A stretch of 64,000 nt of DNA from an uncultured delta proteobacterium (GTDB taxonomy: Bacteria; Myxococcota_A; UBA9160; UBA4427). How positions within the stretch are numbered: position 1 is the first letter of the stretch; each line of letters starts with the position of its first letter. A program made the position numbers and the translations under genes. The notes beneath the pieces were generated by a model. It ran no database searches. It was not told the DNA's origin and saw only the letters and a program-made list of their open reading frames with translations. The stretch covers positions 1,985,837 to 2,049,836 of the forward strand of contig CAWGJT010000005.1 in NCBI GenBank assembly GCA_963822965.1. Direction: 5' to 3'. Shown piece after piece: positions 1 through 10,761 of the stretch.

Positions 1-1002
1 ATCGCACACGAGACCCGGCGCATGATGGACACCCTCGGCGACGCCGGCGAGATCGACCTGCTCGACTTCTTCTCCGAGCTCACCCTCTACACGTCGAGCG
101 CATGTCTCATCGGCAGGCAGTTCCGCGAAGAGCTGACGAGCGACTACTTCCCGGTCTTCTACGACCTCGAGAAGGGCACCGACGCCATCGCCTACGTCAA
201 CCCGAACCTGCCGCTGCCGGTGTTCCGCACCCGGGACCGGGCTCGCCGCCAGCTCGTCGAGAAGCTGACGGGCGTCTTCGAGCGGCGGCGCGGCCTGAAG
301 GACGACGAGCGCGAGCTCTTCGACATCCTGCTCACCATCAAGAACCCGGACGGCTCGCCGCGCTACACCATCGACCAGATCACCGGCATGTTCATCTCGA
401 TGATGTTCGCCGGTCACCACACCACCTCGGGCACGGCGGCCTGGTCGCTGATCGAGCTCCTGCGGCATCCCGACTACGCGAAGCGGGTCGTCGACGAGAT
501 CGACGGACTGCACGAGTCCGGCAGCGACATCACCTACCAGGCGCTGCGCGAGATCCCGGTGCTCGAGGCGGGCATCAAGGAAGCGCTGCGGCTGCACCCG
601 CCGCTCATCATCCTGATGCGCAAGGTCATGTACGACTTCCACTACAAGGGAATCACGGTGCCCGCGGGCAAGCTCGTGGCCGTCTCGCCGGCGGTCTCGA
701 ACCGGCTGCCGGAGTGCTTCCCGGAGCCCGACCGCTTCGATCCCGAACGCTACGGCGAGGGCCGGCAGGAAGATCGGCAGAGCTTCGCGTGGATCCCGTT
801 CGGCGCCGGGCGGCACCGCTGCGTGGGCGCCGCCTTCGCGATGATGCAGCTGAAGTCGATCTTCTCGGTGCTGCTCCGCGAGTACACCTTCGAGCTGGCC
901 CAGCCCAGCGAGAGCTACCGCAACGACCACTCGAAGATGGTCGTGCAGCTCGCCCAGCCGTGCCGGGCGCGCTACCGCCGACGCCGCCACGCGGCGCGCT
1001 GA
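1..1002 (+). CDS. cyp51: Cytochrome P450, CYP51 (sterol 14-alpha-demethylase)-like; 5' end lies outside the window
   Basis: I-helix MMFAGHHTTSGT, ExLR, heme motif FGAGRHRCVG; C-terminus YRNDHSKMVVQLAQP closely resembles mycobacterial CYP51; frame open from base 1. Confidence 0.88.
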   Translation: MAHETRRMMDTLGDAGEIDLLDFFSELTLYTSSACLIGRQFREELTSDYFPVFYDLEKGTDAIAYVNPNLPLPVFRTRDRARRQLVEKLTGVFERRRGLKDDERELFDILLTIKNPDGSPRYTIDQITGMFISMMFAGHHTTSGTAAWSLIELLRHPDYAKRVVDEIDGLHESGSDITYQALREIPVLEAGIKEALRLHPPLIILMRKVMYDFHYKGITVPAGKLVAVSPAVSNRLPECFPEPDRFDPERYGEGRQEDRQSFAWIPFGAGRHRCVGAAFAMMQLKSIFSVLLREYTFELAQPSESYRNDHSKMVVQLAQPCRARYRRRRHAAR

Positions 1003-1044
1003 CGAAACCGACGCTTCCGACCGAACCCCCACACGAGGACGAGC

Positions 1045-1605
1045 ATGCCTGCCTTCCCCCGAGACGAGCTGGAAGAGATGATGCGACGCTGGGTCGCCGC
1101 CAACGACCGGGCGGGCGAGACCGGTGACTGGTCGAAGATGTCGGCCTTCTACACCGAAGACGCCCTCTACACCTGGAACAACGGCGACAAGTGGGAGTTC
1201 GCGGCCCGCGGCCGCCAGCAGATCCACGACTGGGTGTTCGGGACCGAGATGGAGGGCCTCGAGAACTGGGTCTATCCGTACGTGCGGACGCTCATCGACG
1301 ACCGCAAGGGCGAGGTCCTGGGCGTCTGGCGTCAGATCGCGCCCGATCGCGATCCCGAAGGAAGGCCGTACGAGATCGCGGGCACCGGCGGGTCGTGGTT
1401 CCGCTACGCGGGCGACTTCCAGTGGAGCTGGCAGCGCGACTTCTTCGACCACATCAACGCCGGCGCGGTCTTCGGTGCCATGATGCAGAACGGCCAGCTC
1501 AAGCCGAAGATGATCGAGCGCATGAAGGCCGGCTCGAAGATGCCCGGCTGGGTGAAGCGCGAGGACTTCGACTGGTACGAGACGATCGAGGACCGCGAGG
1601 CCTGA
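1045..1605 (+). CDS. NTF2/SnoaL-like family protein (Rv0762c-like)
   Basis: PRDELEE..RW..AN..A...GDW, FYTEDA.Y.WN, GGSWFRYAG..QWSWQRDFFD; GAGG RBS; follows cyp51. Confidence 0.8.
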   Translation: MPAFPRDELEEMMRRWVAANDRAGETGDWSKMSAFYTEDALYTWNNGDKWEFAARGRQQIHDWVFGTEMEGLENWVYPYVRTLIDDRKGEVLGVWRQIAPDRDPEGRPYEIAGTGGSWFRYAGDFQWSWQRDFFDHINAGAVFGAMMQNGQLKPKMIERMKAGSKMPGWVKREDFDWYETIEDREA

Positions 1606-1618
1606 CCGCGCCGGCGCC

Positions 1619-4006
1619 TCAGGCCTTCGGTACCTCGAGCACGCCGGCCTCGACGAGCGAGTCGATCTCGCCCTCCGGCAGCCCCAGCAGCTCGCGCGCG
1701 ACCGCTCGCGTGTGCTCGCCCACCTTCGGCGCCTGGAAGATGCGCACGTCGCTCATGCCGCTGGCCCGGAAGCACGGGCCCTCGAAGGCGATCCAGCCCA
1801 GGTCCTGCTGGTCCACCCAGCGCGGATAGCCGCGCGCCTGGAAGTGCGGGTCGGCGAGCTGCTCGCTCCCCGTCAGCATGGGTGCTGCGGGCACGCCGAA
1901 CATCTGCAGGGACTGGGTCACGCCGTTCTTCGTGAGCGTCGCGGTCCAGGCTCCCAGGTGCTCGTCGATCTCGGCCTGGGCGGCGCGACGACCGGCGGCG
2001 TTCTCGTAGCCGGGCTTCTTCGTCCACTCGGGGTTGCCGAGCGCCATGCACAGCCGCTTCCAGTCGTCGTCGTCGCGCACGCTGATCGCCACCCACTGCT
2101 GCACGCCCTGGCAGGGATAGGCGCCCCAGGGCGCCCCGCGCTCGCTGCGATTGCCCATGGGCTGGACGCTGCCCGGCGCCAGGCCGGTTCGCAGCAGCAG
2201 GTCGCCGATGATTCCCGTCACGGCCTCCACCTGCGCGACCTCCACGTGGCCGCCCTCGCCCGTGCGCTCCCGGCGCAGCAGCGCGGCGAGGGCTCCCACC
2301 GCCGTGAGCCGGCCGGCCAGGTGATCGGGGAAGATGGACGTCGAGCCCGCCGGATCCTCCTGGTCGTCGTAGTTCCAGAGATGCACGAGACCCCCGACGG
2401 GCTGCGTGCTGGGCCCGTAGCCGATCCAGTCCGCCCACGCGCCGCGCGAGCCCAGCAGCTGGCTGCTGGCCATCACGATGCGCGGGTTCAGCTCACGGAG
2501 CTTCTCGTAGCCGAGCCCCATCTTCTGCATGGCGCCGGTGGAGTTGTTCTCGACCACGACGTCGGCCTGGGCGATGAGGCGATGCACCAGCTCGAGACCG
2601 CGCTCGGTCTTCAGGTTCACGCCGAAGGCGCGCTTCGACGTGCTCGAGGAGGCGAACGACGCACTCATCTCCGTCGACATCACGACGCGGATGAAGTCCG
2701 GCGCCGTGCGGCTCTCGATCTTGACCACGTCGGCGCCGTACTGGGCGAAGAGCCGGCTCGCCTCCACCCCCACACCTCCGATTCCGAAGTCGATCACGCG
2801 CAGGCCCGCGAAGGGCAGCGCCGGATCCGGCGGCGGTGTGTTCGGCCGCTCCCGCGGCTCGCTCCAGATGCCGGCAAGGATCTCGGCGTCGTGCTCCCCG
2901 GGCTCGGGGGCGCGCGTCCGGTATCCCTGCCGCTCGCCGTCGATCTCGAAGAAGCCCGAGGCGATGGGACCCCTGGCGCCCGGCGCGTACTCCGCGTCCA
3001 CGAAGGTGCCCCGGGACACCAGGTGCTCGTTCGCGAGCACCTCGTCGGGCGAGAGCACGGGAGTGCAGACGATGCCCCGGCGCTGGGACTCGAAGGCCAC
3101 CTCCTCGTGACCCATCGTGGCGAAGAGATCGCCGATCATCACCGCCAGCGCGTCGGCGATCTGCAGGCGTCCGAGAAAGCTCTCGTAGATCGGGTCGCGC
3201 AGGTACTCCGGGTCGCCCAGCCACTCCCGCATCGCCTTCCACTGGCGCGGGGACAGGATCACGAGGCGCACGTAGCCGGTCTTGCAGGCGTAGATCTTGT
3301 ACATGGGCCCGGAGCCGGCGCGGACCTCGGCGACGTCCTGCCCCCGGGCGCGGGTGAAGCTCGCGTTGGAGAGCGCCCAGTTGGTCTGCTGGGCGAGCGC
3401 CTCGAGAACCGAGAGGTCGATCGTCTGGCCGTAGCCCGTTCGGGCTCGTTGCAGCAGCGCCGACAGCACCGCGAAGGCCCCCATGACGCCGGCGATGTCG
3501 TAGGCGGGGGTCCCGGGCGGGAGCAGCGGCGGCTTCTCCGGCAGGCCGGCCTGGAACTGCATGCCGCCCAGGGCTTCCAGGGTGGCGTCGGTGGCCACCC
3601 AGTCCCGGTACGGCCCCTGCCGGCCGAAGTCGGAGACCTGCAACACCACCAGCCCGGGATTCGCGGCCCGCAGTGCAGCCTCGTCGATCTCGCGCGCGGC
3701 GAGACCGCCCGGCCCGAACGACTCGACGAGCACGTCGGCCCGGCCCGCCAGCTCCGTCAGCCGAAGGCGGTCCGCCGGCTGGTCGAGATCCAGCACCAGA
3801 CCGCGCTTGTTGAAGTTGCGGTAGCCGAAGTAGAGGCTGCGGCCGTCGTGGAAGGGCGGACACCGGCGAGAGGCGGCACCGGACGGAGGCTCCACGCGGA
3901 TCACGTCGGCGCCAAAGTCGGCGAGCACGCGTCCCGCCAGCTCGGCCTTCTCGTCGGCCAGGTCGACGACACGGATTCCTTCGAGGGGTCGCAGGGTCGC
4001 GGGCAT
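1619..4006 (-). CDS. Class III CoA-transferase (CaiB/BaiF), two fused domains
   Basis: Two copies of PLxGxRVxD...LADxGADV(I/V)(R/K)(V/I)E; AGGAG RBS before ATG at 4006. Confidence 0.9.
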   Translation of the reverse strand: MPATLRPLEGIRVVDLADEKAELAGRVLADFGADVIRVEPPSGAASRRCPPFHDGRSLYFGYRNFNKRGLVLDLDQPADRLRLTELAGRADVLVESFGPGGLAAREIDEAALRAANPGLVVLQVSDFGRQGPYRDWVATDATLEALGGMQFQAGLPEKPPLLPPGTPAYDIAGVMGAFAVLSALLQRARTGYGQTIDLSVLEALAQQTNWALSNASFTRARGQDVAEVRAGSGPMYKIYACKTGYVRLVILSPRQWKAMREWLGDPEYLRDPIYESFLGRLQIADALAVMIGDLFATMGHEEVAFESQRRGIVCTPVLSPDEVLANEHLVSRGTFVDAEYAPGARGPIASGFFEIDGERQGYRTRAPEPGEHDAEILAGIWSEPRERPNTPPPDPALPFAGLRVIDFGIGGVGVEASRLFAQYGADVVKIESRTAPDFIRVVMSTEMSASFASSSTSKRAFGVNLKTERGLELVHRLIAQADVVVENNSTGAMQKMGLGYEKLRELNPRIVMASSQLLGSRGAWADWIGYGPSTQPVGGLVHLWNYDDQEDPAGSTSIFPDHLAGRLTAVGALAALLRRERTGEGGHVEVAQVEAVTGIIGDLLLRTGLAPGSVQPMGNRSERGAPWGAYPCQGVQQWVAISVRDDDDWKRLCMALGNPEWTKKPGYENAAGRRAAQAEIDEHLGAWTATLTKNGVTQSLQMFGVPAAPMLTGSEQLADPHFQARGYPRWVDQQDLGWIAFEGPCFRASGMSDVRIFQAPKVGEHTRAVARELLGLPEGEIDSLVEAGVLEVPKA

Positions 4007-4096
4007 GGAGGGCTCCTCGGCGAGGGAGAACACTATAGGCCGCCGGCCCGCTCGGGCCGCCTTGCTCGCGGGGATTCCTCCGGTAGCCTCCCCGCG

Positions 4097-4876
4097 ATGA
4101 CCGAATCGAGTTCAGCGCCGGCCCCGCGCAACCTCGCCGCCTGGCTCTGTCCGCTCGTCGCCATCCCGGGGTTCCTCTCCTACTGGCTCTTCTTCGTTCA
4201 GTGGCCCCTCTTCCGCGACTTTCCGTGGCTGAACCTGCTCTTCCTGTCGGTCGCCATCGGCCTGGGGGGCGTGGCGGTCTACCGCGCACGAACCCGCTGG
4301 AGCCGGGTCGGAAGCGTCGCCGGGCTGGCGCTCTCGCTGCTCCTCACCGGACTCCTCTCCTACTACTGCTTCGTCTTCTCCTACCAGGTTCCCGATGCGG
4401 GCCGCGCGGCCGGCACGGGCACGCCGCTTCCCGCCATGACCCTCGCTTCCTGGGACGGCCGCCCCGTCGATCTCGCCGAGGCGGGCCGGGGCAAGCTCAT
4501 CCTCGTCTTCTATCGGGGCTACTGGTGACCCTTCTGTATGTCGGAGCTGCACGGGCTGCAGACACGGATCACTGATTTCGAGAAGGCCGGCGCCACCGTC
4601 ATCGCGGTGAGCCCCGACTCCGTCGACGAGAATCGCGGGGTGGCCGAACGATTCGACCTGTCGTTCCCGATCCTGTCCGACGCCGACCTCGTGCTGACGA
4701 AGTCCCTGGGACTGCTGCACGAGGGCGCGTCCATCGACGGCGGCGACGTGCCGCGCCCGGCCACCCTGATCATCCAGGATGGTCGCATCGTGTGGCGCGA
4801 TCTCACCGACAACTGGCGCATCCGGCCCAAGCCCGGCGACGTGCTCGCAGCCTTCCGCGACGTGACCGGCTCCTGA
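4097..4876 (+). CDS. Membrane-anchored AhpC/TSA (peroxiredoxin-like) selenoprotein; Sec at TGA 4526-4528
   Basis: In-frame FYRGYW-TGA-PFC joins two ORF-track fragments into one thioredoxin-fold protein (VIAVSPD, FPILSD, PRPATLII); about 3 N-terminal hydrophobic helices. Confidence 0.85.
4529..4569 (+). promoter_or_regulatory. Putative bacterial SECIS hairpin
   Basis: TGTC..CTGCA-CGGGC-TGCAG-ACA stem-loop; G-containing loop starts 23 nt after the UGA. Confidence 0.6.
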
Positions 4877-4912
4877 AAAGAAGAGCCCCGCCGGCCAACG
4901 CCGACGGGGCTC
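4876..4912 (-). terminator. Rho-independent terminator of glnB-glnA (possibly bidirectional)
   Basis: GAGCCCCG..CGGGGCTC stem followed by TTCTTTT on the minus strand. Confidence 0.75.
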
Positions 4913-4923
4913 CGAATTCTCCG

Positions 4924-5116
4924 CTCTCAGCTCCCGGCGAACCCCTCGGATTCGCCCGCTGAGCCCGGGGGATGCAACCCCCTCTCAGCTGGGTGTCCGT
5001 GAAGCCGAGGCAGTCGGCGAACCCTTCGGTTCGCCTAGCTGACGAATCCCCGACTGCGATCAGCTCAACGGCCCGTAGAGCCGAGGCAGTCGGCGAATCC
5101 GAAGGATTCGCCTAGC
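4924..5116. repeat. Cluster of three REP-like palindromes in degenerate tandem units
   Basis: GGCGAA(C/T)CC..GG(A)TTCGCC at 4936, 5016, 5092; AGCCGAGGCAGTCGGCGAA..TTCGCCTAGC repeated at 5003 and 5079. Confidence 0.75.
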
Positions 5117-6527
5117 AGTCGTAGTACAGCTCGAACTCGTGCGGGTGCGGCCGCAGCCGGATCGGGTCGACCTCGTTCTCGCGCTTGTAGTCGATCCAGC
5201 TCTCGATCGCGTCGCGGGTGAACACGTCTCCCTTGAGCAGGAAGTCGTGGTCGTGCTCCAGCTCGCGCAGCGCCTCGTCCAGGCTGCCCGGCATCACCGG
5301 GATGCCCTTCGCCTCTTCCGGGCTCAGGCTGTAGATGTTCTTGTCGAGCGGTCCTCCCGGATCGATCTTGTTCTCGATGCCGTCGATGCCCGCCATCAGC
5401 ATCGCCGAGAACGCCAGGTACGCGTTGCAGGACGGGTCCGGGAAGCGCACCTCCACCCGCTTCGCCTTCGGGCTCTGCGAGTAGGTCGGGATGCGGCAGG
5501 CCGCCGAGCGGTTCCGGCTCGAGTAGGCCAGGTTGACCGGAGCCTCATAGCCCGGCACGAGCCGCTTGTACGAGTTCGTGCCCGGGTTCGTGAATGCCGC
5601 CAGCGCCCGCGCGTGCTTGATGATGCCGCCGATGTAGTAGAGGGCCATCTTCGAGAGGCCCGCGTACTCGTCGCCCGCGAAGAGCGGCTTGCCGTCCTTC
5701 CAGATCGACTGGTGGGTGTGCATCCCCGAGCCGTTGTCCTGGAAGAGGGGCTTCGGCATGAAGGTCGCGGTCATGCCGTGCCGGCGCGCCACGTTCTTCA
5801 CGACGTACTTGTACTTCATCAGCTTGTCGGCCATGGAGCCCAGCTTGTCGAACACCATGTCGATCTCGGCCTGGCCGGCGGTCGCCACCTCGTGATGCTG
5901 CGTCTCGATCTCGATGCCGAGCGTCGCCATCTCGAGGCACATCTCGGTCCGCAGGTCCTGCTGGGTGTCCGTCGGCGGCGCCGGGAAGTAGCCCTGCTTG
6001 TGGCGCGTCTTGTACGCGAGGTTGGCTCCGCCTTCCTCGGCACCCGAGTTCCAGACGCCCTCGTTCGAGTCGATCTGGTAGAAGCCCTCGTTGGCGCTGG
6101 TGCTGAAGGCCGCGTGGTTGAAGATGAAGAACTCGGCCTCGGGGCCGATGTAGCAGGTGTCCCCGATGCCCGATTCCTTCATGTAGTTCTCGGCCTTGCG
6201 CGCGATGTAGCGCGGGTCGCGAGAGTACGGCTGGCGCGTCGTCGGATCGACCACGTCGCAGATCAGCACCAGGGTCGGGTGGGCCATGAAGGGATCGATG
6301 AACGCCGTCGTGGGATCGGGGATCATGAGCATGTCGCTCTCGTTGATCGCCTGCCAGCCGCGGATCGACGAGCCGTCGAAGCCGTAACCGTCCTCGAAGG
6401 TCGACTCGTCGAGCATGTTGATCGGGTGCGAGCAGTGCTGCCAGCTGCCGGGCCAGTCCGTGATGCGGCAGTCCACCATCACCACGTTGTTCTTCTTCGC
6501 AAACTCGAGTACCTGCTTCCCGTTCAT
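5112..6527 (-). CDS. glnA: Glutamine synthetase type I
   Basis: [43 protein letters not shown], adenylylation-site NIY. Confidence 0.98.
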   Translation of the reverse strand: MNGKQVLEFAKKNNVVMVDCRITDWPGSWQHCSHPINMLDESTFEDGYGFDGSSIRGWQAINESDMLMIPDPTTAFIDPFMAHPTLVLICDVVDPTTRQPYSRDPRYIARKAENYMKESGIGDTCYIGPEAEFFIFNHAAFSTSANEGFYQIDSNEGVWNSGAEEGGANLAYKTRHKQGYFPAPPTDTQQDLRTEMCLEMATLGIEIETQHHEVATAGQAEIDMVFDKLGSMADKLMKYKYVVKNVARRHGMTATFMPKPLFQDNGSGMHTHQSIWKDGKPLFAGDEYAGLSKMALYYIGGIIKHARALAAFTNPGTNSYKRLVPGYEAPVNLAYSSRNRSAACRIPTYSQSPKAKRVEVRFPDPSCNAYLAFSAMLMAGIDGIENKIDPGGPLDKNIYSLSPEEAKGIPVMPGSLDEALRELEHDHDFLLKGDVFTRDAIESWIDYKRENEVDPIRLRPHPHEFELYYDC

Positions 6528-6669
6528 CTTCCGTTCCTTCCTTCCTGATGTTGAGAGAGCTTTGCTGCGGCGAGTCCGCCTCGCGCCGGGGGGCGCGGAC
6601 TCCGTCGAAGCTGCCTCGATGAATTCAACCTGGTCTGCGCTCTTTTCGGTCTGCGCTCGTTCGTCGGTT

Positions 6670-7697
<1,028 letters not shown>

Positions 7698-7721
7698 CGC
7701 ATCCGGGCGACACCCGCGGAA

Positions 7722-8408
7722 TCAGCGGCTCCAGAGCGCGTTCTCGTCGAGGAAGGCCAGGGTTCGCGGGCACGCGTGCGCGTCGCCGGCCTGGAGGGCC
7801 TGCGCGAGCCACTGGAGGTCGGCGGCCGTGTCGACGTCGAAGCCCGGCGCGAGCAGGTGGACCCGCATGCCCAGGTCGCGCGCCCGGGCCAGGGTGTCCT
7901 GCAGCACCGAGCCGGTGCTCATCTCGTGATCGAAGAGGCCGGGCCAGGGCCGCTTCAGTCCCACGAGCCCGTAGCCCCCGTCGCGATCGGGCAGCAGCAC
8001 CAGGTCGTGATCCTCGAGCCGATCGAGCGCCTCGGCCACCGCCTCCCCCGAGAGACACGGGCTATCGCTTCCCCGCAGCAGGATCCGGCGGGCACCCCCG
8101 GCGGCGGCCTCGCGCACCGCGAAGCCCATGCGCTCCGACAGGTTGCCCCCGTGCTGGGCGACGACGCGCATCTCGCAGGGAGCCCGCTGCGCCATCTCGA
8201 CCAGCGCTTCCGGGGGATGCACGGCGACCACCGGCTCCAGGGCGAGGTCGCGGGACACGTCGGCGGTGGCCACCAGCACGTCCTGGAGCAGGCAGCTGTA
8301 GAAGTCCGAGGCCTGCTCGGGGGAGAACGGCGGCGTGAGGCGAGTCTTCACGAAGCCCGGACGCGGCGCCTTCGCGAACACCACGATGACACCCCGCGTC
8401 GCCCTCAC
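7722..8408 (-). CDS. DUF2064/TIGR04282-family glycosyltransferase-like (CofC-like fold) protein
   Basis: VFAKAPRPGFVKTRL, QHGGNLSERM, GSDSP, DGGYGLVGL, DVDT. Confidence 0.85.
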   Translation of the reverse strand: MRATRGVIVVFAKAPRPGFVKTRLTPPFSPEQASDFYSCLLQDVLVATADVSRDLALEPVVAVHPPEALVEMAQRAPCEMRVVAQHGGNLSERMGFAVREAAAGGARRILLRGSDSPCLSGEAVAEALDRLEDHDLVLLPDRDGGYGLVGLKRPWPGLFDHEMSTGSVLQDTLARARDLGMRVHLLAPGFDVDTAADLQWLAQALQAGDAHACPRTLAFLDENALWSR

Positions 8409-8421
8409 ACCCCGGCCGACC

Positions 8422-9477
8422 TCATCGAGCGTCCGCCCCGACGCCCCGGTCGACGCCCATCTCGAAGAACGGCGGCTCGCACACCGTGGCGGCGAGCGGT
8501 CCCGCCGGGTCGTCGCAGCGAAGGCTCGTCCCCGCCTCGGCGTGCTCCCGCCGCACGAAGCCCAGCCCGATCACGCCGGCCCGGGGCGACCGGCAGGCGC
8601 TGGTCACCTCGCCCGTCGGGCGATCGCCCGCCGCCAGCGGAGCGTCGGGCGCCGGCACGCGCTCGTCCTCGAACCGCAGGCCCACGAGCAGATGGTTCAC
8701 GGCACCCCGGGAGTACAGGCGCGCGACGATCTCCTGGCCGGTGTAGCAGCCCTTGCGGCGGGAGATCGCCCGGTCGAGGCGCGCCTCGTCGGGGAAGATC
8801 TCCTCGTTGAGCTCCGGGCCCAGACGCGGAATGCCGGCCTCGATCCGCAGCACCTCGAGGGCGTCTCCCGAAGCCGGGACGAGGGCGTCTCCGCCCGCGT
8901 CGGCCAGGGCCGCGCCGACCGCGTCTCCGGCTTCCACCGGTACGAAGAGCTGGAAGCCCGACTCCCCCGACCAGCCGAAGCGCGCCGCGACCACGTCGGT
9001 GCCGGCGATCTGCGTCGTCAGCCAGCTCTCGGGCGCGAGCGCCGTCAGCGCCGGTGCGCTCGCGCTGCCCGCCGCCGCCAGCACCGCCGCGGCCCCGGGT
9101 CCCTCCAGGCCCAGCCGGAGGATCTCGTCGGTTTCGACCGCGAGCTTCACGTCGTCGGCCACGATGTAGCGCTCGAGGCGAGCCACCACGTCAGCCACCG
9201 CGCTGGCGGCGGTCTCCAGCCAGAAGCCATCCTCCCGGGCCAGCACGTGCAGATCGGCGACGATTCGACCCTTCGGCGTGAGCAGTGCCGCATAGCATCC
9301 GCTCTCCGGCGTGCCGGGGGCGATGCGCGTGACGTCGTTGGTCAGCATGCCGTCGAGCCAGCGGCGGGCGTCGCGACCGGTGACCGCGACCAGCCCGCGC
9401 CTCCCGAGCTCCTCGGCGAACCCGAAGAGTCCGGCCGACTCGCGCACGCGGAGCACCTGTCGTTCGACGTCGTTCAC
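8422..9477 (-). CDS. ygfZ: YgfZ/GcvT-family folate-binding protein
   Basis: KGCYTGQEIVAR motif; GTG start overlaps the upstream TGA. Confidence 0.85.
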   Translation of the reverse strand: MNDVERQVLRVRESAGLFGFAEELGRRGLVAVTGRDARRWLDGMLTNDVTRIAPGTPESGCYAALLTPKGRIVADLHVLAREDGFWLETAASAVADVVARLERYIVADDVKLAVETDEILRLGLEGPGAAAVLAAAGSASAPALTALAPESWLTTQIAGTDVVAARFGWSGESGFQLFVPVEAGDAVGAALADAGGDALVPASGDALEVLRIEAGIPRLGPELNEEIFPDEARLDRAISRRKGCYTGQEIVARLYSRGAVNHLLVGLRFEDERVPAPDAPLAAGDRPTGEVTSACRSPRAGVIGLGFVRREHAEAGTSLRCDDPAGPLAATVCEPPFFEMGVDRGVGADAR

Positions 9478-10490
9478 GCCCGACCCTCCCGGCGCGGCGC
9501 CTCGAGGGCGGCACCCGCCAAGGCCCGGGCGCGCTCCTGCTGCGCCTTCGTCCATTCGTCGAAGCGCGCCTTCACGGCGTCGTACTCCTCCTCGGTGTCC
9601 ACGTCGATCGCGCAGCCGCCCACGTCGGTGACCACGAAGCGGAATCGCGTCTGCAGCAGCCGGCTCACGGCCTCCTCGGTGCGGGCGAGGGTGTTGGCGG
9701 TGCGGAGCCAGTCGGCGAGTCGCCGCCATCCCCAGCGATCGACCAGGCCGCTCAGGTGGATGAGCGAGTACCAGAAGACGATGCGCGCGCCGCCGCCCCG
9801 GTGGATCAGCAGCCGGAACCCCAGGGAGATCATGTTCCAGAACTCGCGCTGGTGGCGGTGCTCGTACATCTCCTCGATGAGCTCGCGGGCTCCCATGCGG
9901 CCGGGCTTCGCCCAGTGCAGGTTGCTCTGGCGCAGGCGCCCCTCCCGCATGTTGAAGTAGGCGACCTCGATGCCGGGTCCCCCGGCCCGCGCCGGAAGGA
10001 ACTGCTGCAGCGATTCCCGGGGCACGAGACCCAGCGCGTAGTCGCAGTCGCAAGCCCGGGAGCGCTCGATGAAGCTCGAGATCTCCAGGGCGGTGGCGAA
10101 CGGCAGGTCGGCGGAGAGGTAGAGCACCTCGAAGTCCAGGTCCGCCTCTCCCTCGGGATCCCGGCCCTCCGGCGGCGCGCCCGGAAGCGCCCGGCGGTAG
10201 CTCTCCCAGCAGTTCTCGAACAGGTTGCGGAACTGCTCGATCACGTGGAGCGGCTTGGTGAGAGAGGCCTGCACCTCGTCCCGGGCGAGCGCGGTCTCGA
10301 GCCGCTCGGCGTCGCCCACCACCCAGACCTCGCTCACCTGCGGAACCCGCTGGAGCACCTCCACGACCCGGGCCACGAGCGGCAGACCCTCGACCTCGAG
10401 GAAGACCTTGCTCTCCCCGTACACCGCCTTGGCGGCGCGGCGATCCCCCGCCGTGACGATCGCGGGCAGTCCCACACCGGCTACCGCCAC
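9474..10490 (-). CDS. Nucleotidyltransferase-family (MobA/NTP_transf_3-like) protein; start uncertain
   Basis: AIVTAGDR..SKVFLEVEGLPLV, SADLPF, C-terminal IDVDTEEEY. Confidence 0.7.
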   Translation of the reverse strand: MAVAGVGLPAIVTAGDRRAAKAVYGESKVFLEVEGLPLVARVVEVLQRVPQVSEVWVVGDAERLETALARDEVQASLTKPLHVIEQFRNLFENCWESYRRALPGAPPEGRDPEGEADLDFEVLYLSADLPFATALEISSFIERSRACDCDYALGLVPRESLQQFLPARAGGPGIEVAYFNMREGRLRQSNLHWAKPGRMGARELIEEMYEHRHQREFWNMISLGFRLLIHRGGGARIVFWYSLIHLSGLVDRWGWRRLADWLRTANTLARTEEAVSRLLQTRFRFVVTDVGGCAIDVDTEEEYDAVKARFDEWTKAQQERARALAGAALEAPRREGRA

Positions 10491-10761
10491 GCCGCCCTCG
10501 TCCGGGGGGCATGCGCCGGGGCGTTCGTCGGGAGGCAGATGGACGGCGCCGCCAACACGGGATTCCCTCTCTGCCGGCTCGATCGAGCTTCTCGCTGGGT
10601 CTCGCATCCGTCTCGCCGACCGTCGGGCCCGGAGCCTGCCGGCAGCGACCCCCGGGATCGGGTCGGAGGAGCGGACCGCGGAGCCTAGCGCGCCGGCGTC
10701 CGGCCGGGGCGCACCGCCACGCTGCGGAGACCGGACCCGTGCCGGCTGGTAGCTTGCCCGC

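Noticed and set aside
6528..6669. Glutamine riboswitch in the glnB-glnA spacer
   Set aside because: Only a hairpin and an 11-bp direct repeat; no recognisable glnA-motif consensus
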